Shown here: positions 9,014 to 18,834 of the stretch, one piece after another
How the letters are laid out: each line of letters opens with the position of its first letter
How positions within the stretch are numbered: the stretch's first letter is position 1
Assembly (NCBI RefSeq): GCF_000039765.1
Contig: NC_004459.3
Location: 2,896,104-2,928,103 of the forward strand
From: Vibrio vulnificus CMCP6
GTDB lineage: Bacteria; Pseudomonadota; Gammaproteobacteria; Enterobacterales; Vibrionaceae
DNA length: 32,000 nucleotides
Direction: 5' to 3'
Notes under the pieces: generated by a model
Told to the model about the DNA's origin: nothing
Database searches by the model: none
Seen by the model: the letters and a program-made list of their open reading frames with translations, nothing else
Position numbers and translations under genes: made by a program

Positions 9014-11509
9014 ATGCACTTCGACTCCGGTCTTTTAGCGCTGCTTTTTGTCATTATTGCGCTTTTTATTGGTGCCCTTGTTCGGCATCTTTTGAAAGGT
9101 TCCCAAGTACCTTACACCGTTGCCCTGCTAATACTCGGTATCGCAATTGGTTTGGCTCATCGCGGCAACGCATTTACCGACAATTATACGCTTATCGGCG
9201 AGACATTAAGCCTTGCCTCTGAGATCGATCCTCATCTGTTTCTGTTTTTGTTCCTACCAACACTCATCTTCGAAAGTGCTTTTGCGATGGAAGTTCATCT
9301 CTTTCGCAGAATGTTTACCCAAATCGTCATTCTCGCCGTCCCCGGATTAATGCTGGCGATATGGTTGACCGCTGAACTCGTGGCATGGGTATTACCTGAA
9401 CATTGGCAGTGGAGCTGGGCACTCTGTTTAATGTTTGGCGCACTCATCAGTGCCACCGACCCGGTAGCCGTGGTTGCCTTGCTAAAAGAAGTCTCATCGA
9501 GAAAACGATTGGAGACGCTCATCGAAGGAGAATCACTCCTTAATGACGGAACTGCGATCGTTTTCTTCTCCCTTTTTTATGGCTGGGTATTGATGGAATT
9601 CAGCAACCCTGGCGAAGCGATCACAGCGCCACCATGGCAAGCTGTCGCGCAGTTTTTTGTCGTGGTGTTTGTCGGACTCGCCGTCGGACTTATCCTTGGT
9701 GGCTTGTGTATTTTGTGGATAGATCGGGTGTTTAACGATCCTATGATTGAGATTTCGCTCACCATTGCCGCCGCCTATTCGGCATTCTTTATTTCCGAAA
9801 ACTTCCATGTTTCCGGCGTGGTCGCGGTGGTCACACTAGCGATTATGTTTGCCAGTGTGGGGAGAACAAGGATCAGCCCCGAGGTGGCAGGCTTCTTACA
9901 TCATTTTTGGGAAATGATGGCTCACATGGCCAACACCTTAATTTTTCTTCTTGTTGGGATCTTGGTGGCCATTCGCGTCCCACTCGACGATAAAGAAGCT
10001 TGGTTGGCACTCTTTGTTCTCTATCTGGGCATCATGGCAATACGAGCCTGCTCCATCACCGTGTTCATGCCCATTCTCAAACGAATCGGTATTGGCATCA
10101 CCTACGAAAAAGCCGTGGTTCTCTGCTGGGGTGGCTTGCGTGGCGCGGTTTCTCTGGCTCTGGCCATGACCGTAGCATCCTCCGACATCATTCCTAAACA
10201 GATTGGCGATCATGTGCTGTTTCTGTGTGCGGGCATTGTGGTGTTAACCATCTTGTTTAATGGATCCACGATGGGACACGTTTTGAAGTGGTTAAATCTA
10301 AGCAGCTTACCCCCGGGTAAGCAAGCTACAGTGGACAAAGCACAGCACGAAGTTAACCGAGTATTGCACGATATGCTACCCACGATGATGACCAGTGATT
10401 TTCTCAAAGGGGCTGATTGGGAAACCGTGAAACAAGGCGCTAAATTACAAGTGCTCAAAGAGTGCAATTCGCCCACAGAAATCACGCAGGATGAATTGCA
10501 CACTGCTTACTTGCGGCGTCTGCTCGAAACCGAACGTAAACACTATTGGACACAATTCTCTCAAGGTCTGATTGGCAAACAAGCAACCAACAAATTGGTC
10601 GAAGCGGTTGAACATGCTCTCGATGGCGATCCTATCATTGGCCCTCGCAATGAGTTGTTTACCACTTGGCGTTTGCCCGATTGGGTGGAACCACTTCGTC
10701 AATACAATAGTTGGAACAAGCTGCTGCTCAAAGTTTATTTCCGTCGTTTGGCGTTGGGCTACGATGTGGCTCGTGGCTTTATCCAAGCTCAAGAAGCACT
10801 CGAAAGTCACATTGATACCCTAGCACCTGATGCCGAGATCGCCGTTATGGTTCGCCAACAAGTGGAGCTCAATAAACGCCTCACGTTTGAGCGAATCGAA
10901 TCGCTACGGATGAGCTTTCCTGAAATTATCCAAGCCCTGCAATCCCAGGCCGCGACAAGGTTACTGCTCAACAGAGAGCGAGCGGTGATCAACGATCAAC
11001 TAAAACAAGCAGTACTGGACAAACCTGAGGCACAAAAATTGCTGAATATGGTTGAAGAGCGTATGGCAGCTCTGCAAAAAGAATCCATTTTTGACAAGTC
11101 GCAGGAGCAAAAGCTCATTAATGACATTCCTTGGGCTAGAGAGCTGAAGAGCAAAACTCGTGAAGAGCTCACCAGTTGGATAGAACACACCGTCTATGAC
11201 GCAGGTCAGTTGATTTGTGAGAATCAGCGACCACTCAACCGAATTGGCATTGTCAGCCGCGGCAGCATCACGGAACTCTATGAAACGCGTTCCGACGACA
11301 ACCTAGAGAAAGTTCGTACCACGATTGGTCCGGGAGAAACCTTTGCCTTGATCTCGCTGCTCACTGGCAAAACCAACGCTCAGTATGTCTCGGATACACC
11401 GACAGATATTATGTGGCTGCCCGTAGATAAACTGAAGCTACTCATGAATCAAGATCCCAATCTAACGGCGGTGGTCTGCCAACTATTTAAGCAGCTCAAA
11501 TCGGTCTAA
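9014..11509 (+). CDS. NhaP-type (CPA1) Na+/H+ antiporter with C-terminal cyclic-nucleotide-binding-like domain
   Basis: 831-aa ORF with LIFESAFAMEVHLFRR, ISATDPVAVVALLKEV, LIEGESLLNDGTAIVFF; C-terminal IVSRGSITELYET...IGPGETFALISLLTG. Confidence 0.9.
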   Translation: MHFDSGLLALLFVIIALFIGALVRHLLKGSQVPYTVALLILGIAIGLAHRGNAFTDNYTLIGETLSLASEIDPHLFLFLFLPTLIFESAFAMEVHLFRRMFTQIVILAVPGLMLAIWLTAELVAWVLPEHWQWSWALCLMFGALISATDPVAVVALLKEVSSRKRLETLIEGESLLNDGTAIVFFSLFYGWVLMEFSNPGEAITAPPWQAVAQFFVVVFVGLAVGLILGGLCILWIDRVFNDPMIEISLTIAAAYSAFFISENFHVSGVVAVVTLAIMFASVGRTRISPEVAGFLHHFWEMMAHMANTLIFLLVGILVAIRVPLDDKEAWLALFVLYLGIMAIRACSITVFMPILKRIGIGITYEKAVVLCWGGLRGAVSLALAMTVASSDIIPKQIGDHVLFLCAGIVVLTILFNGSTMGHVLKWLNLSSLPPGKQATVDKAQHEVNRVLHDMLPTMMTSDFLKGADWETVKQGAKLQVLKECNSPTEITQDELHTAYLRRLLETERKHYWTQFSQGLIGKQATNKLVEAVEHALDGDPIIGPRNELFTTWRLPDWVEPLRQYNSWNKLLLKVYFRRLALGYDVARGFIQAQEALESHIDTLAPDAEIAVMVRQQVELNKRLTFERIESLRMSFPEIIQALQSQAATRLLLNRERAVINDQLKQAVLDKPEAQKLLNMVEERMAALQKESIFDKSQEQKLINDIPWARELKSKTREELTSWIEHTVYDAGQLICENQRPLNRIGIVSRGSITELYETRSDDNLEKVRTTIGPGETFALISLLTGKTNAQYVSDTPTDIMWLPVDKLKLLMNQDPNLTAVVCQLFKQLKSV

Positions 11510-11518
11510 GCGCTAGAA

Positions 11519-11551
11519 AAACAAACGCCGCTTTTAAAGCGGCGTTTGTTT
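11519..11551. terminator. Bidirectional intrinsic terminator
   Basis: ACAAACGCCGCTTT T AAAGCGGCGTTTGT perfect palindrome flanked by A and T tracts, between convergent genes. Confidence 0.85.
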
Positions 11552-12212
11552 ATTTTCCAGTAAAGCTCAGCGGGATCTCCGCCAATTGGTTACCGAGGTT
11601 GCTCGGGAACACCAAATATTCACCATGATATTTGACGTTAGATTTATAGTCCGTCACCTTGTGAACCATAAAACCCGCTGCGCTCGCTTTCTCAACGAAA
11701 CCGGCATGGTGACCACGAACAAACCAGCTCATCGGTTTCACTAATAGCTCGCCGTCAAAACAGTTTTCGCACTGCTGCGCGCACAGTGCCAAAGAGTTCT
11801 GTCCTTCCGTGAAAATCTGCACTTTGCCACAGCCGACAATCGGATCTGAAGTCGACACTTCCCAGCCCGCGTTTTCCATTTCATCGAGAAAAGCTTCGAT
11901 CTGTTTGTCGGTAATCGCTTTTGGTGCGCCCTCTTGGGCAAAGAACGAAGCATAAAACGCAGAAATACGTTGGAACGTTGGCAACAGCGCCGCGTCATTT
12001 CCTTTCGAGCGTCCTGCTTTTTGCCAGCGAGTTAAGTCCGCGACAACACAACGGTCGAAACGCTGACCTTTCAGCGCTTTGGTCACCCAACGTACCAAAA
12101 AGTGGTTGTTGGCAATCGGTGCGTCGACCAATTTGCCCGATTGATGTTCCGCAGCCAGCTCAGCGAGTGCGGTATTCACTAAGCGCTGAATTTCACTTGT
12201 GTAGTTCGACAT
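11550..12212 (-). CDS. DUF2913-family-like hypothetical protein
   Basis: ORF 11550..12290; preferred start MSNYTSEIQRLVNTALAELAAEH at 12212. Family assignment from recalled similarity. Confidence 0.55.
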   Translation of the reverse strand: MSNYTSEIQRLVNTALAELAAEHQSGKLVDAPIANNHFLVRWVTKALKGQRFDRCVVADLTRWQKAGRSKGNDAALLPTFQRISAFYASFFAQEGAPKAITDKQIEAFLDEMENAGWEVSTSDPIVGCGKVQIFTEGQNSLALCAQQCENCFDGELLVKPMSWFVRGHHAGFVEKASAAGFMVHKVTDYKSNVKYHGEYLVFPSNLGNQLAEIPLSFTGK

Positions 12213-13414
12213 TATGCTTTTCGTCCGAAAATCCAATAAAACAGTGCTGAAAGCACAGAGCACGCAGACATCACTAGCACCATAGGCCAAGTCACTCCTG
12301 ATGGCAGTATCGCAACCAAAGCACCAACTAGAGAGCCAGTGCCAAAACGCAATGTGCCCGCCAGAGAAGACGCCGTCCCTGCCATATTAGGGTAGCCAGA
12401 AAGCAATAGCGCCATTGCGTTACTGCCGATGGTAGAAAGTGTGCCGATAAATAGAACCACGAATGGTACCGTGCCCCATAGCCCAAGGTCTAGTAGCCAA
12501 CTGACAAATAGACCAAGACCGGCGATCAATTGAACAGTCAGCCCCAAACGCAACATGAAATGCGACCCTACTTTCTTCACCATTCGGCCATTTAGGCTGG
12601 TCATGATGATCATCGCAACGATGTTCAAGCCAAACAAATAGCCAAACTGATCGGGTGAAATACCATAAATATCAATATAGACAAACGAGCCTGCGGTTAA
12701 AAAAGCAAACATTCCGGAGAAAGAGAACGCGCCAGACAGAATCAACCCCATCGCTGTTTTGTTACAGCATAACTTTAAGTAGTTACGCATGGTCGTTTTG
12801 AAGCGCAATGGCTGTCGGTTTTCTACCTTGAGTGTTTCTGGTATTTGCCACCAGACAAGGGCGATCACGATAACGGCAAAAAACGCCAGCACCCAGAAAA
12901 TTGAACGCCAGCCAAACCAAATGGCTAGGTGCCCACCGATCATTGGCGCGACAAGGGGTGCAATAGTGATCACCAATGTGACGAACGACATCGCACGCGC
13001 AAAGTCCTCGCGATCAAACATATCGCGAACCACGGCTTGAATGATCACCGCTGCCGCGGCCCCCGCAAAGCCTTGCGCGGTGCGTACATACGTTAACGCA
13101 TCAATGCCATTGGTCGTGGCGCTGACCACCGCCGCTAGGCCAAAAAAGAGCACCCCAAGCAACAAAACCGGACGTCGACCAAAACTGTCTGCCAGTGGAC
13201 CATGAATCAGTTGGCCGAGCGCAAAACCTGCGGTATAAGCGGTTAAAGTAAACTGCACCGCACCGGCATCGACGCCCAAATCGCGTGCTATGGTCGGCAT
13301 CGCTGGTAGATACATGTCGATGGCCAAGGGTGTCAACGCACCGATGGCACCGAGTACAGCAAACAAAAAGAGGCTAATTTGTGATTGGCTAACGGCTTGA
13401 GATTGATTGGTCAT
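12212..13414 (-). CDS. Bcr/CflA-family multidrug efflux MFS transporter
   Basis: ORF 12212..13486; preferred start [16 protein letters not shown] at 13414. [45 protein letters not shown]-like motif and multiple TM segments. Confidence 0.9.
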   Translation of the reverse strand: [400 protein letters not shown]

Positions 13415-13652
13415 TGATTCTCCGTTTTGGTTGCGATTGCGTCGCAACACTCCGGTCACAATACAATCTCGTTGCCCATGTTCCACAACAGTTTGCCAAA
13501 CGTTGGCCGTTGTCCTTTCTGCTAGAAATTCTGGGAGGGAAATGATGGCGTGATGCCATAGCAGCCTGCGTGAAGAGGTTAAAGAAATGTCAGCAGGCTG
13601 AACTATTGTGATACAGATTAGGCAGAAAGACTAGTTCCGTATAGGAACTAAA

Positions 13653-14354
13653 TCATTTCCAAACAGAGTCTATTTCTTCCTGAGTGAGGTAACGGTATTC
13701 TCCCGGCTCAAGACTTTCATCCAGCTCGATCGCGCCAATACGCTCACGATGTAATTGCTCAACTTTGTTACCCAATGCCGCGAACATGCGTTTCACTTGA
13801 TGGTATTTGCCCTCATGGATAGTCAGCAGCACTTCGTTTTCATCCGCATTGACGATGGTCATCTGCGCTGGAAGCGTTAGCTCCTTTTCGTTACGCAATT
13901 GTACGCCTTCGGCCAGTTTTTCTGCATAATCACTGCCAATCGGGTCCGCCAACCAAACACGGTAAGTTTTGTCGCATTTATGCTTAGGCGAAGTAATACG
14001 GTGTGACCACTTACCGTCGTCGGTGATCAACACCAAGCCCGTGGTATCCACATCCAAACGACCTGCAAAATGAAGCTCATCCATTTTTACTTCGTCTAAT
14101 AAAACAAACGCAGTGTGGTTGAAACCATCTTCATGCGAGCAGACAAAACCTTCAGGCTTGTAAAGCATAATGTAACGCGGTCCTTGCATCGCCAGCTCGC
14201 GCCCTTGCCATTCAACCACACACTCTTCCGTTACTTTTACCGCACCGCTTTTTTGCACTTGTTCGTTAACGGTCACTTCACCACTTTTTAGGATCTTAGT
14301 GGCCTCTTTTCGCGTCGCGCCAAGCGCATCGCAAAGAAATTTATCTAAACGCAT
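13653..14354 (-). CDS. rsuA: 16S rRNA pseudouridine(516) synthase
   Basis: S4 domain MRLDKFLCDALGATRKEATKILKSGEVTVN; YIMLYKPEGFVCS; FAGRLDVDTTGLVLITDDGKWSHR. Confidence 0.94.
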   Translation of the reverse strand: MRLDKFLCDALGATRKEATKILKSGEVTVNEQVQKSGAVKVTEECVVEWQGRELAMQGPRYIMLYKPEGFVCSHEDGFNHTAFVLLDEVKMDELHFAGRLDVDTTGLVLITDDGKWSHRITSPKHKCDKTYRVWLADPIGSDYAEKLAEGVQLRNEKELTLPAQMTIVNADENEVLLTIHEGKYHQVKRMFAALGNKVEQLHRERIGAIELDESLEPGEYRYLTQEEIDSVWK

Positions 14355-14427
14355 GAATACCTCATCTGGTTAAGGTCGGGTATTATAGCGAGCTCACAAA
14401 GAATAGTTGAGTGATTTCATCGTTTCC

Positions 14428-16170
14428 ATGTACACCCTCAGACCTTATCAAGCCGACTCAGTCAAAGCCGTTGTGCACTATTTTCGCCGCCATTCCACGC
14501 CGGCAGTCATTGTGCTGCCAACTGGGGCGGGCAAAAGTTTAGTGATTGCCGAATTAGCACGATTGGCGAAAGGACGCGTATTGGTGCTGGCGCATGTAAA
14601 AGAGCTGGTTGAACAAAATCACGCGAAATATGAGGGATATGGCTTACAAGGTTCGATTTTTTCGGCAGGATTGGGACGAAAAGAAACCCAACATCAGGTG
14701 GTTTTCGCCTCTGTTCAATCGGTCGTTCGAAATTTAGAGCAGTTTCGTAATCAATTCTCTCTGCTGGTAATCGATGAATGCCACCGAGTACCGGAAGAAA
14801 AAAGCAGCAGCTATCAAAAAGTCATTAGCCATTTAACGGATCTCAATCCGGGGATAAAAATCCTCGGCCTAACGGCCACGCCTTATCGCTTAGGCATCGG
14901 CTGGATTTACCAATATCACACTCGCGGCCAAGTTCGCAGCGAAGACGCGCGATTTTTCCGCGATTGTATTTTTGAATTACCCATTCGCTATTTGCTCGAT
15001 GAAGGCTTTCTTACCCCAGCCAGAATGATGGACGCCCCCGTCTTGGCGTATGATTTTTCACAGCTGAAACCCGCTAACACAGGCCGCTATAAAGAAGCAG
15101 AGCTGTATATGGTGATCGATAAAGCCAAGCGTGCGACACCGCAGATCGTTGATCAAATCCTTCATCTCGCCCAAACCAAGCAGGGTGTGATGATTTTTGC
15201 AGCCACGGTGCGTCATGCCCAAGAGATCCACGGCTTATTGCCCGTAGATGACAGCGCTATCGTCATTGGTGACACGCCGACACCAGAACGAGATGAGATC
15301 ATCCGTCGCTTCAAAGCGCGTGAAATCAAGTTTTTGGTCAACGTCTCGGTGCTCACAACCGGCTTTGATGCGCCCCATGTTGATCTGATTGCGATTCTGC
15401 GCCCAACCGAGTCCATCAGCCTTTATCAACAAATTGTTGGGCGTGGTTTGAGGCTCTCCCCCGGCAAAGAAGAGTGTTTAGTGCTCGATTACGCGGGCAA
15501 CAGCTATGACCTTTATCAACCAGAAGTCGGCGATCCCAAACCAGACTCAAACAGTGAGATCATCACCATTCCCTGCCCCGCTTGCGGCTTTAATAACAAC
15601 TTTTGGGGCAAGCTCGACAGCAATGGCTTTTTGTTAGAGCACTTTGGCCGACGCTGCCAAGGGTATTTCACTGACGAAGAGAGTGGAGAGCGAGAGCATT
15701 GTGGTTATCGCTTTCGCGCCAAATATTGCGGTGAATGTGGCGCTGATAATGACATTGCAGCGCGCATCTGCCACGAATGCGATGCCACTTTAGTAGACCC
15801 AGATAAAAAGCTCAAAGAGGCGTTAAATCTCAAAGATGCGTTAGTGTTTGAATGCCTTGAGATGGTGTTGAGTGTGCATAAAAATCCTGAAGGCAAATCG
15901 CAGCTAAAAGTCAGCTATCTCGGCGATAATCAAGCCCAAGTGCATGAATTTTGGCCTTTAACCACCGCCAAACAGAAATTGCTGTTTAAGAATCAGTTTG
16001 TGCGACCTCACTTGGCAGACAAACATCGTCCTTTCGAAGAGGCCTCGCCAACCAAAGTGGTAGCTCACCAGCATCGATTCCGACCGCCACAATTTGTCAT
16101 TGCCCGAAAAAGCGGCCGTTTTTGGAAGATGCGCGATAAAATTTTTGAAGATGAACTGCAAGAGCGCTAG
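14428..16170 (+). CDS. radD: DEAD/DEAH-box ATP-dependent helicase RadD (YejH)
   Basis: MYTLRPYQADSVKAVVHYF..VLPTGAGKSLV; DECHR; helicase C motif QIVGRGLRLSPGKE; C-terminal Cys clusters CPACG, CGECGADN, CHECDA. Adjacent to rsuA as in E. coli. An upstream TTG at 14407 opens the ORF. Confidence 0.9.
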   Translation: MYTLRPYQADSVKAVVHYFRRHSTPAVIVLPTGAGKSLVIAELARLAKGRVLVLAHVKELVEQNHAKYEGYGLQGSIFSAGLGRKETQHQVVFASVQSVVRNLEQFRNQFSLLVIDECHRVPEEKSSSYQKVISHLTDLNPGIKILGLTATPYRLGIGWIYQYHTRGQVRSEDARFFRDCIFELPIRYLLDEGFLTPARMMDAPVLAYDFSQLKPANTGRYKEAELYMVIDKAKRATPQIVDQILHLAQTKQGVMIFAATVRHAQEIHGLLPVDDSAIVIGDTPTPERDEIIRRFKAREIKFLVNVSVLTTGFDAPHVDLIAILRPTESISLYQQIVGRGLRLSPGKEECLVLDYAGNSYDLYQPEVGDPKPDSNSEIITIPCPACGFNNNFWGKLDSNGFLLEHFGRRCQGYFTDEESGEREHCGYRFRAKYCGECGADNDIAARICHECDATLVDPDKKLKEALNLKDALVFECLEMVLSVHKNPEGKSQLKVSYLGDNQAQVHEFWPLTTAKQKLLFKNQFVRPHLADKHRPFEEASPTKVVAHQHRFRPPQFVIARKSGRFWKMRDKIFEDELQER

Positions 16171-16254
16171 CCTGATTCGGACAGAGACAAGGTTCACTTT
16201 CGATTCATCTTTATTCATTTATACTCGGCTCACACTCTTTACCAAGGTAAGAAC

Positions 16255-16644
16255 ATGTTAAATAGTAAGCTCACTTGCGCTCTTTTATTCTCTTCTCTCC
16301 TTGTTGCGCCCGCCATGGCGCAAAACCTTGAGCAAGATGGCCACAGACTTGTACAGGACGTCTACAAAGAAGGCACGGCAATCGAGTTTGATGAAGATCA
16401 GAACGAAGTATACCAAGCTGTGCAGCAAGGGTTGATCAAGCCTTTTTCTGAACTTTATTCTACCGTCGACAAACAACTCAATGGTCGCCTGATCAAAGTC
16501 GAGTTAGAAGAAGATGATGACGAATGGATCTATGAGTTAAAATTGGTCCATGATAATCACATCATCAAAGTGGAGTACAACGCCACCACCTTGGAACTCA
16601 TTGAGATAAAAGGTCGAAATTTACACGACGTCATCAAGAAATAG
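16255..16644 (+). CDS. PepSY-domain periplasmic protein
   Basis: Signal peptide MLNSKLTCALLFSSLLVAPAMA; GRLIKVELEEDDDEWIYELKLVHDNHIIKVEYNATTLELIEIKG is PepSY-like. Confidence 0.78.
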   Translation: MLNSKLTCALLFSSLLVAPAMAQNLEQDGHRLVQDVYKEGTAIEFDEDQNEVYQAVQQGLIKPFSELYSTVDKQLNGRLIKVELEEDDDEWIYELKLVHDNHIIKVEYNATTLELIEIKGRNLHDVIKK

Positions 16645-16655
16645 AGAAAGATCAT

Positions 16656-17315
16656 ATGAAAATTTTGGTAGTGGAAGATGACCCTCGTTTGGGCGAACAG
16701 ATTATTGAATCCCTCGAAAAAACGGGCTGGGTGCCTGAGCTTTCTCAAGATGGAATCGATGCTTTGTACCGTGCGACGTCAGAAGAGTGGGATGCAATAG
16801 TGCTGGATCTAGGCCTACCGAAGTTAGACGGATTAACCGTACTAAAAGGCATTCGTGACGAAAACATCAACACACCAGTGGTTATTTTAAGTGCGCGAGA
16901 TACCCTTACTCAACGCGTGGAAGGCTTAAACGCAGGTGCCGATGATTACTTAACCAAACCGTTTGAAATGGTTGAACTGATCGCTCGCATTCGCGCCCAA
17001 TTGCGCCGAGCCTCCGGTAACGCGTCACCAGTAATGCAAATCGGAGACCTGAGCTTGGACACACGTACGTCAAAAGTGATGTGGCAGGGTCAGGCGGTGA
17101 GTTTGACCGCACTGGAATACAAAGTGGTTGCCTATTTTGTGCATAACGCCGATAAAGTGATTTCACGTACTGAGCTGGTGGAACACATCTACAAGCAAGA
17201 CTTCGACCGTGATTCCAATACCATTGAAGTCTTCATTGGACGCATTCGTAAGAAGATCGCACCCAATATCATTAAAACCGTTCGCGGCCTTGGGTATCAG
17301 CTCAATGCCAACTAA
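16656..17315 (+). CDS. OmpR/PhoP-family response regulator
   Basis: MKILVVEDDPRLGEQI; DLGLPKLDGL; C-terminal winged helix LTALEYKVVAYFVHN...NTIEVFIGRIRKKI..VRGLGYQL. Confidence 0.95.
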   Translation: MKILVVEDDPRLGEQIIESLEKTGWVPELSQDGIDALYRATSEEWDAIVLDLGLPKLDGLTVLKGIRDENINTPVVILSARDTLTQRVEGLNAGADDYLTKPFEMVELIARIRAQLRRASGNASPVMQIGDLSLDTRTSKVMWQGQAVSLTALEYKVVAYFVHNADKVISRTELVEHIYKQDFDRDSNTIEVFIGRIRKKIAPNIIKTVRGLGYQLNAN

Positions 17316-18654
17316 GCGACCGCTTTTCAAGCACCTCAGCTTAAAAAGCCGCCTATTTTTGGCGGCTTGCCTGTGGGTGACCGCAATGATCATCGCTGCC
17401 GGTGTCGGGATTCCCAAGCTGGTTAAAGAGTATTTAGTCAGTGATGTGGAAAGCCAACTGCGCTTAGCGCTAGATGAAATTTCGGCCAACCTCGAAGCCG
17501 GTAAGAATGGTAGCATTGTTCTTTCATCACGACTTTCTGACCCTCGTTTCAGTCAGCCATACAGCGGCCTATATTGGACGGCAACGATCAACAACCAAAC
17601 TCTGCGTTCTCGCTCTCTTTGGGATCGCACGATTCAAATCAAGCAAGGTCCCATACGAAAAACGGTGCTTGGGGCGAAAAATGAACGTTTAATTGTGTTA
17701 GAGCAGGATGTATTTCTCCCTGAGTACGTGAAACCCGTCCACATTGTGATTGGCATGGATGAAGCGCCGATGAAATCCACCTTGGACCATTTAACTGGAC
17801 AACTGTGGATGATTCTCGGTCTGCTCTTTGTTGGCGTCATGACCGTGATTGGTTTGCAAATCGCTTGGTCATTCCGACCATTAGGGAAATTACAACGCGA
17901 GCTCAAAGCGCTAAGAGCCGGTAGCCAACAACAGCTCGAAGCCAGTTATCCAGCGGAAGTATCGCCGCTGATCGATGATCTCAATGCCCTGCTCTTCCAT
18001 TATCAAGAGTTGTTGCAACGTGCTCGCAACCATGCGGGCAACTTATCTCACTCCTTAAAAACACCGCTATCTGTTTTGCGTAACGAAATCAGCCAATTGG
18101 ATGTCGAATCAAGCCACAAGCTCTTACCACCGGTTGAACAGATTCAGCAGCATATTGATTACCATCTTGGTCGTGCTCGAATGGCAGGCTCGATGAATAT
18201 TCTTTCGGTGAAATCCAACCCTTCTGAGCGTGTCGATGCCATTTCCATAGCGTTCGATAAAGTCTATGCCGAGCGAGATCTATTGCTTATCAACGAACTG
18301 GACAGTGAACTGGAGGTGGCCGTCGATCAAAGCGATCTCGACGAGATGCTGGGTAACTTACTTGAAAACAGCTACAAATGGGCGCGCAGCCAAATTCGAG
18401 TCCATAGCACACTAACAAGCGACGACCAGCTTACGCTCATCATCGAAGATAACGGGCCAGGAATCGCTGAGGAACACCTTACTCAGGTGCTGAAACGGGG
18501 TGTTCGCCTTGATGAGACCACGCCAGGTACCGGCCTGGGACTGAATATTGTCGCGGAAATGGCCTACAGCTATCGCGGCGATCTTACGCTAGAACGCAGC
18601 CAACTTGGCGGTTTACGCGCCAATTTAACCCTTAAGCTGGCAGCAAAGGGCTAG
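17305..18654 (+). CDS. Sensor histidine kinase, PhoQ-like family
   Basis: Preferred start MPTKRPLFKHLSLKSRLF at 17305, overlapping the regulator stop; H-box NLSHSLKTPLSVLRNE; N-box EMLGNLLENSYKWA; G-box EDNGPGI, GTGLGLNIV. Confidence 0.93.
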   Translation: MPTKRPLFKHLSLKSRLFLAACLWVTAMIIAAGVGIPKLVKEYLVSDVESQLRLALDEISANLEAGKNGSIVLSSRLSDPRFSQPYSGLYWTATINNQTLRSRSLWDRTIQIKQGPIRKTVLGAKNERLIVLEQDVFLPEYVKPVHIVIGMDEAPMKSTLDHLTGQLWMILGLLFVGVMTVIGLQIAWSFRPLGKLQRELKALRAGSQQQLEASYPAEVSPLIDDLNALLFHYQELLQRARNHAGNLSHSLKTPLSVLRNEISQLDVESSHKLLPPVEQIQQHIDYHLGRARMAGSMNILSVKSNPSERVDAISIAFDKVYAERDLLLINELDSELEVAVDQSDLDEMLGNLLENSYKWARSQIRVHSTLTSDDQLTLIIEDNGPGIAEEHLTQVLKRGVRLDETTPGTGLGLNIVAEMAYSYRGDLTLERSQLGGLRANLTLKLAAKG

Positions 18655-18744
18655 CGACGATAAGAAACCACTATAAAACAGCGCTTTTGGCGGAATATCA
18701 GTTGCTCAAAGCACGGTTGAGTGGTAGTATCCGCGCTCGCTTTG

Positions 18745-18834
18745 ACAGGAAACTTCCTGTTGAAGCCATACTTACTTCTGTAAGGTCGCATTACAGGGTA
18801 TGAAATTAACTTTTACTAATTTGAGAGTAAAACT
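18745..18834 (+). promoter_or_regulatory. Structured 5' leader of rplY (candidate)
   Basis: Hairpins ACAGGA/TCCTGT (18745-18760), CTGTAA/TTACAG (18778-18796), TTTTAC/GTAAAA (18811-18832). Confidence 0.45.

Noticed and set aside
17163-17516. 117-aa minus-strand ORF across the two-component junction
   Set aside because: Antisense to the strong response regulator and kinase frames.
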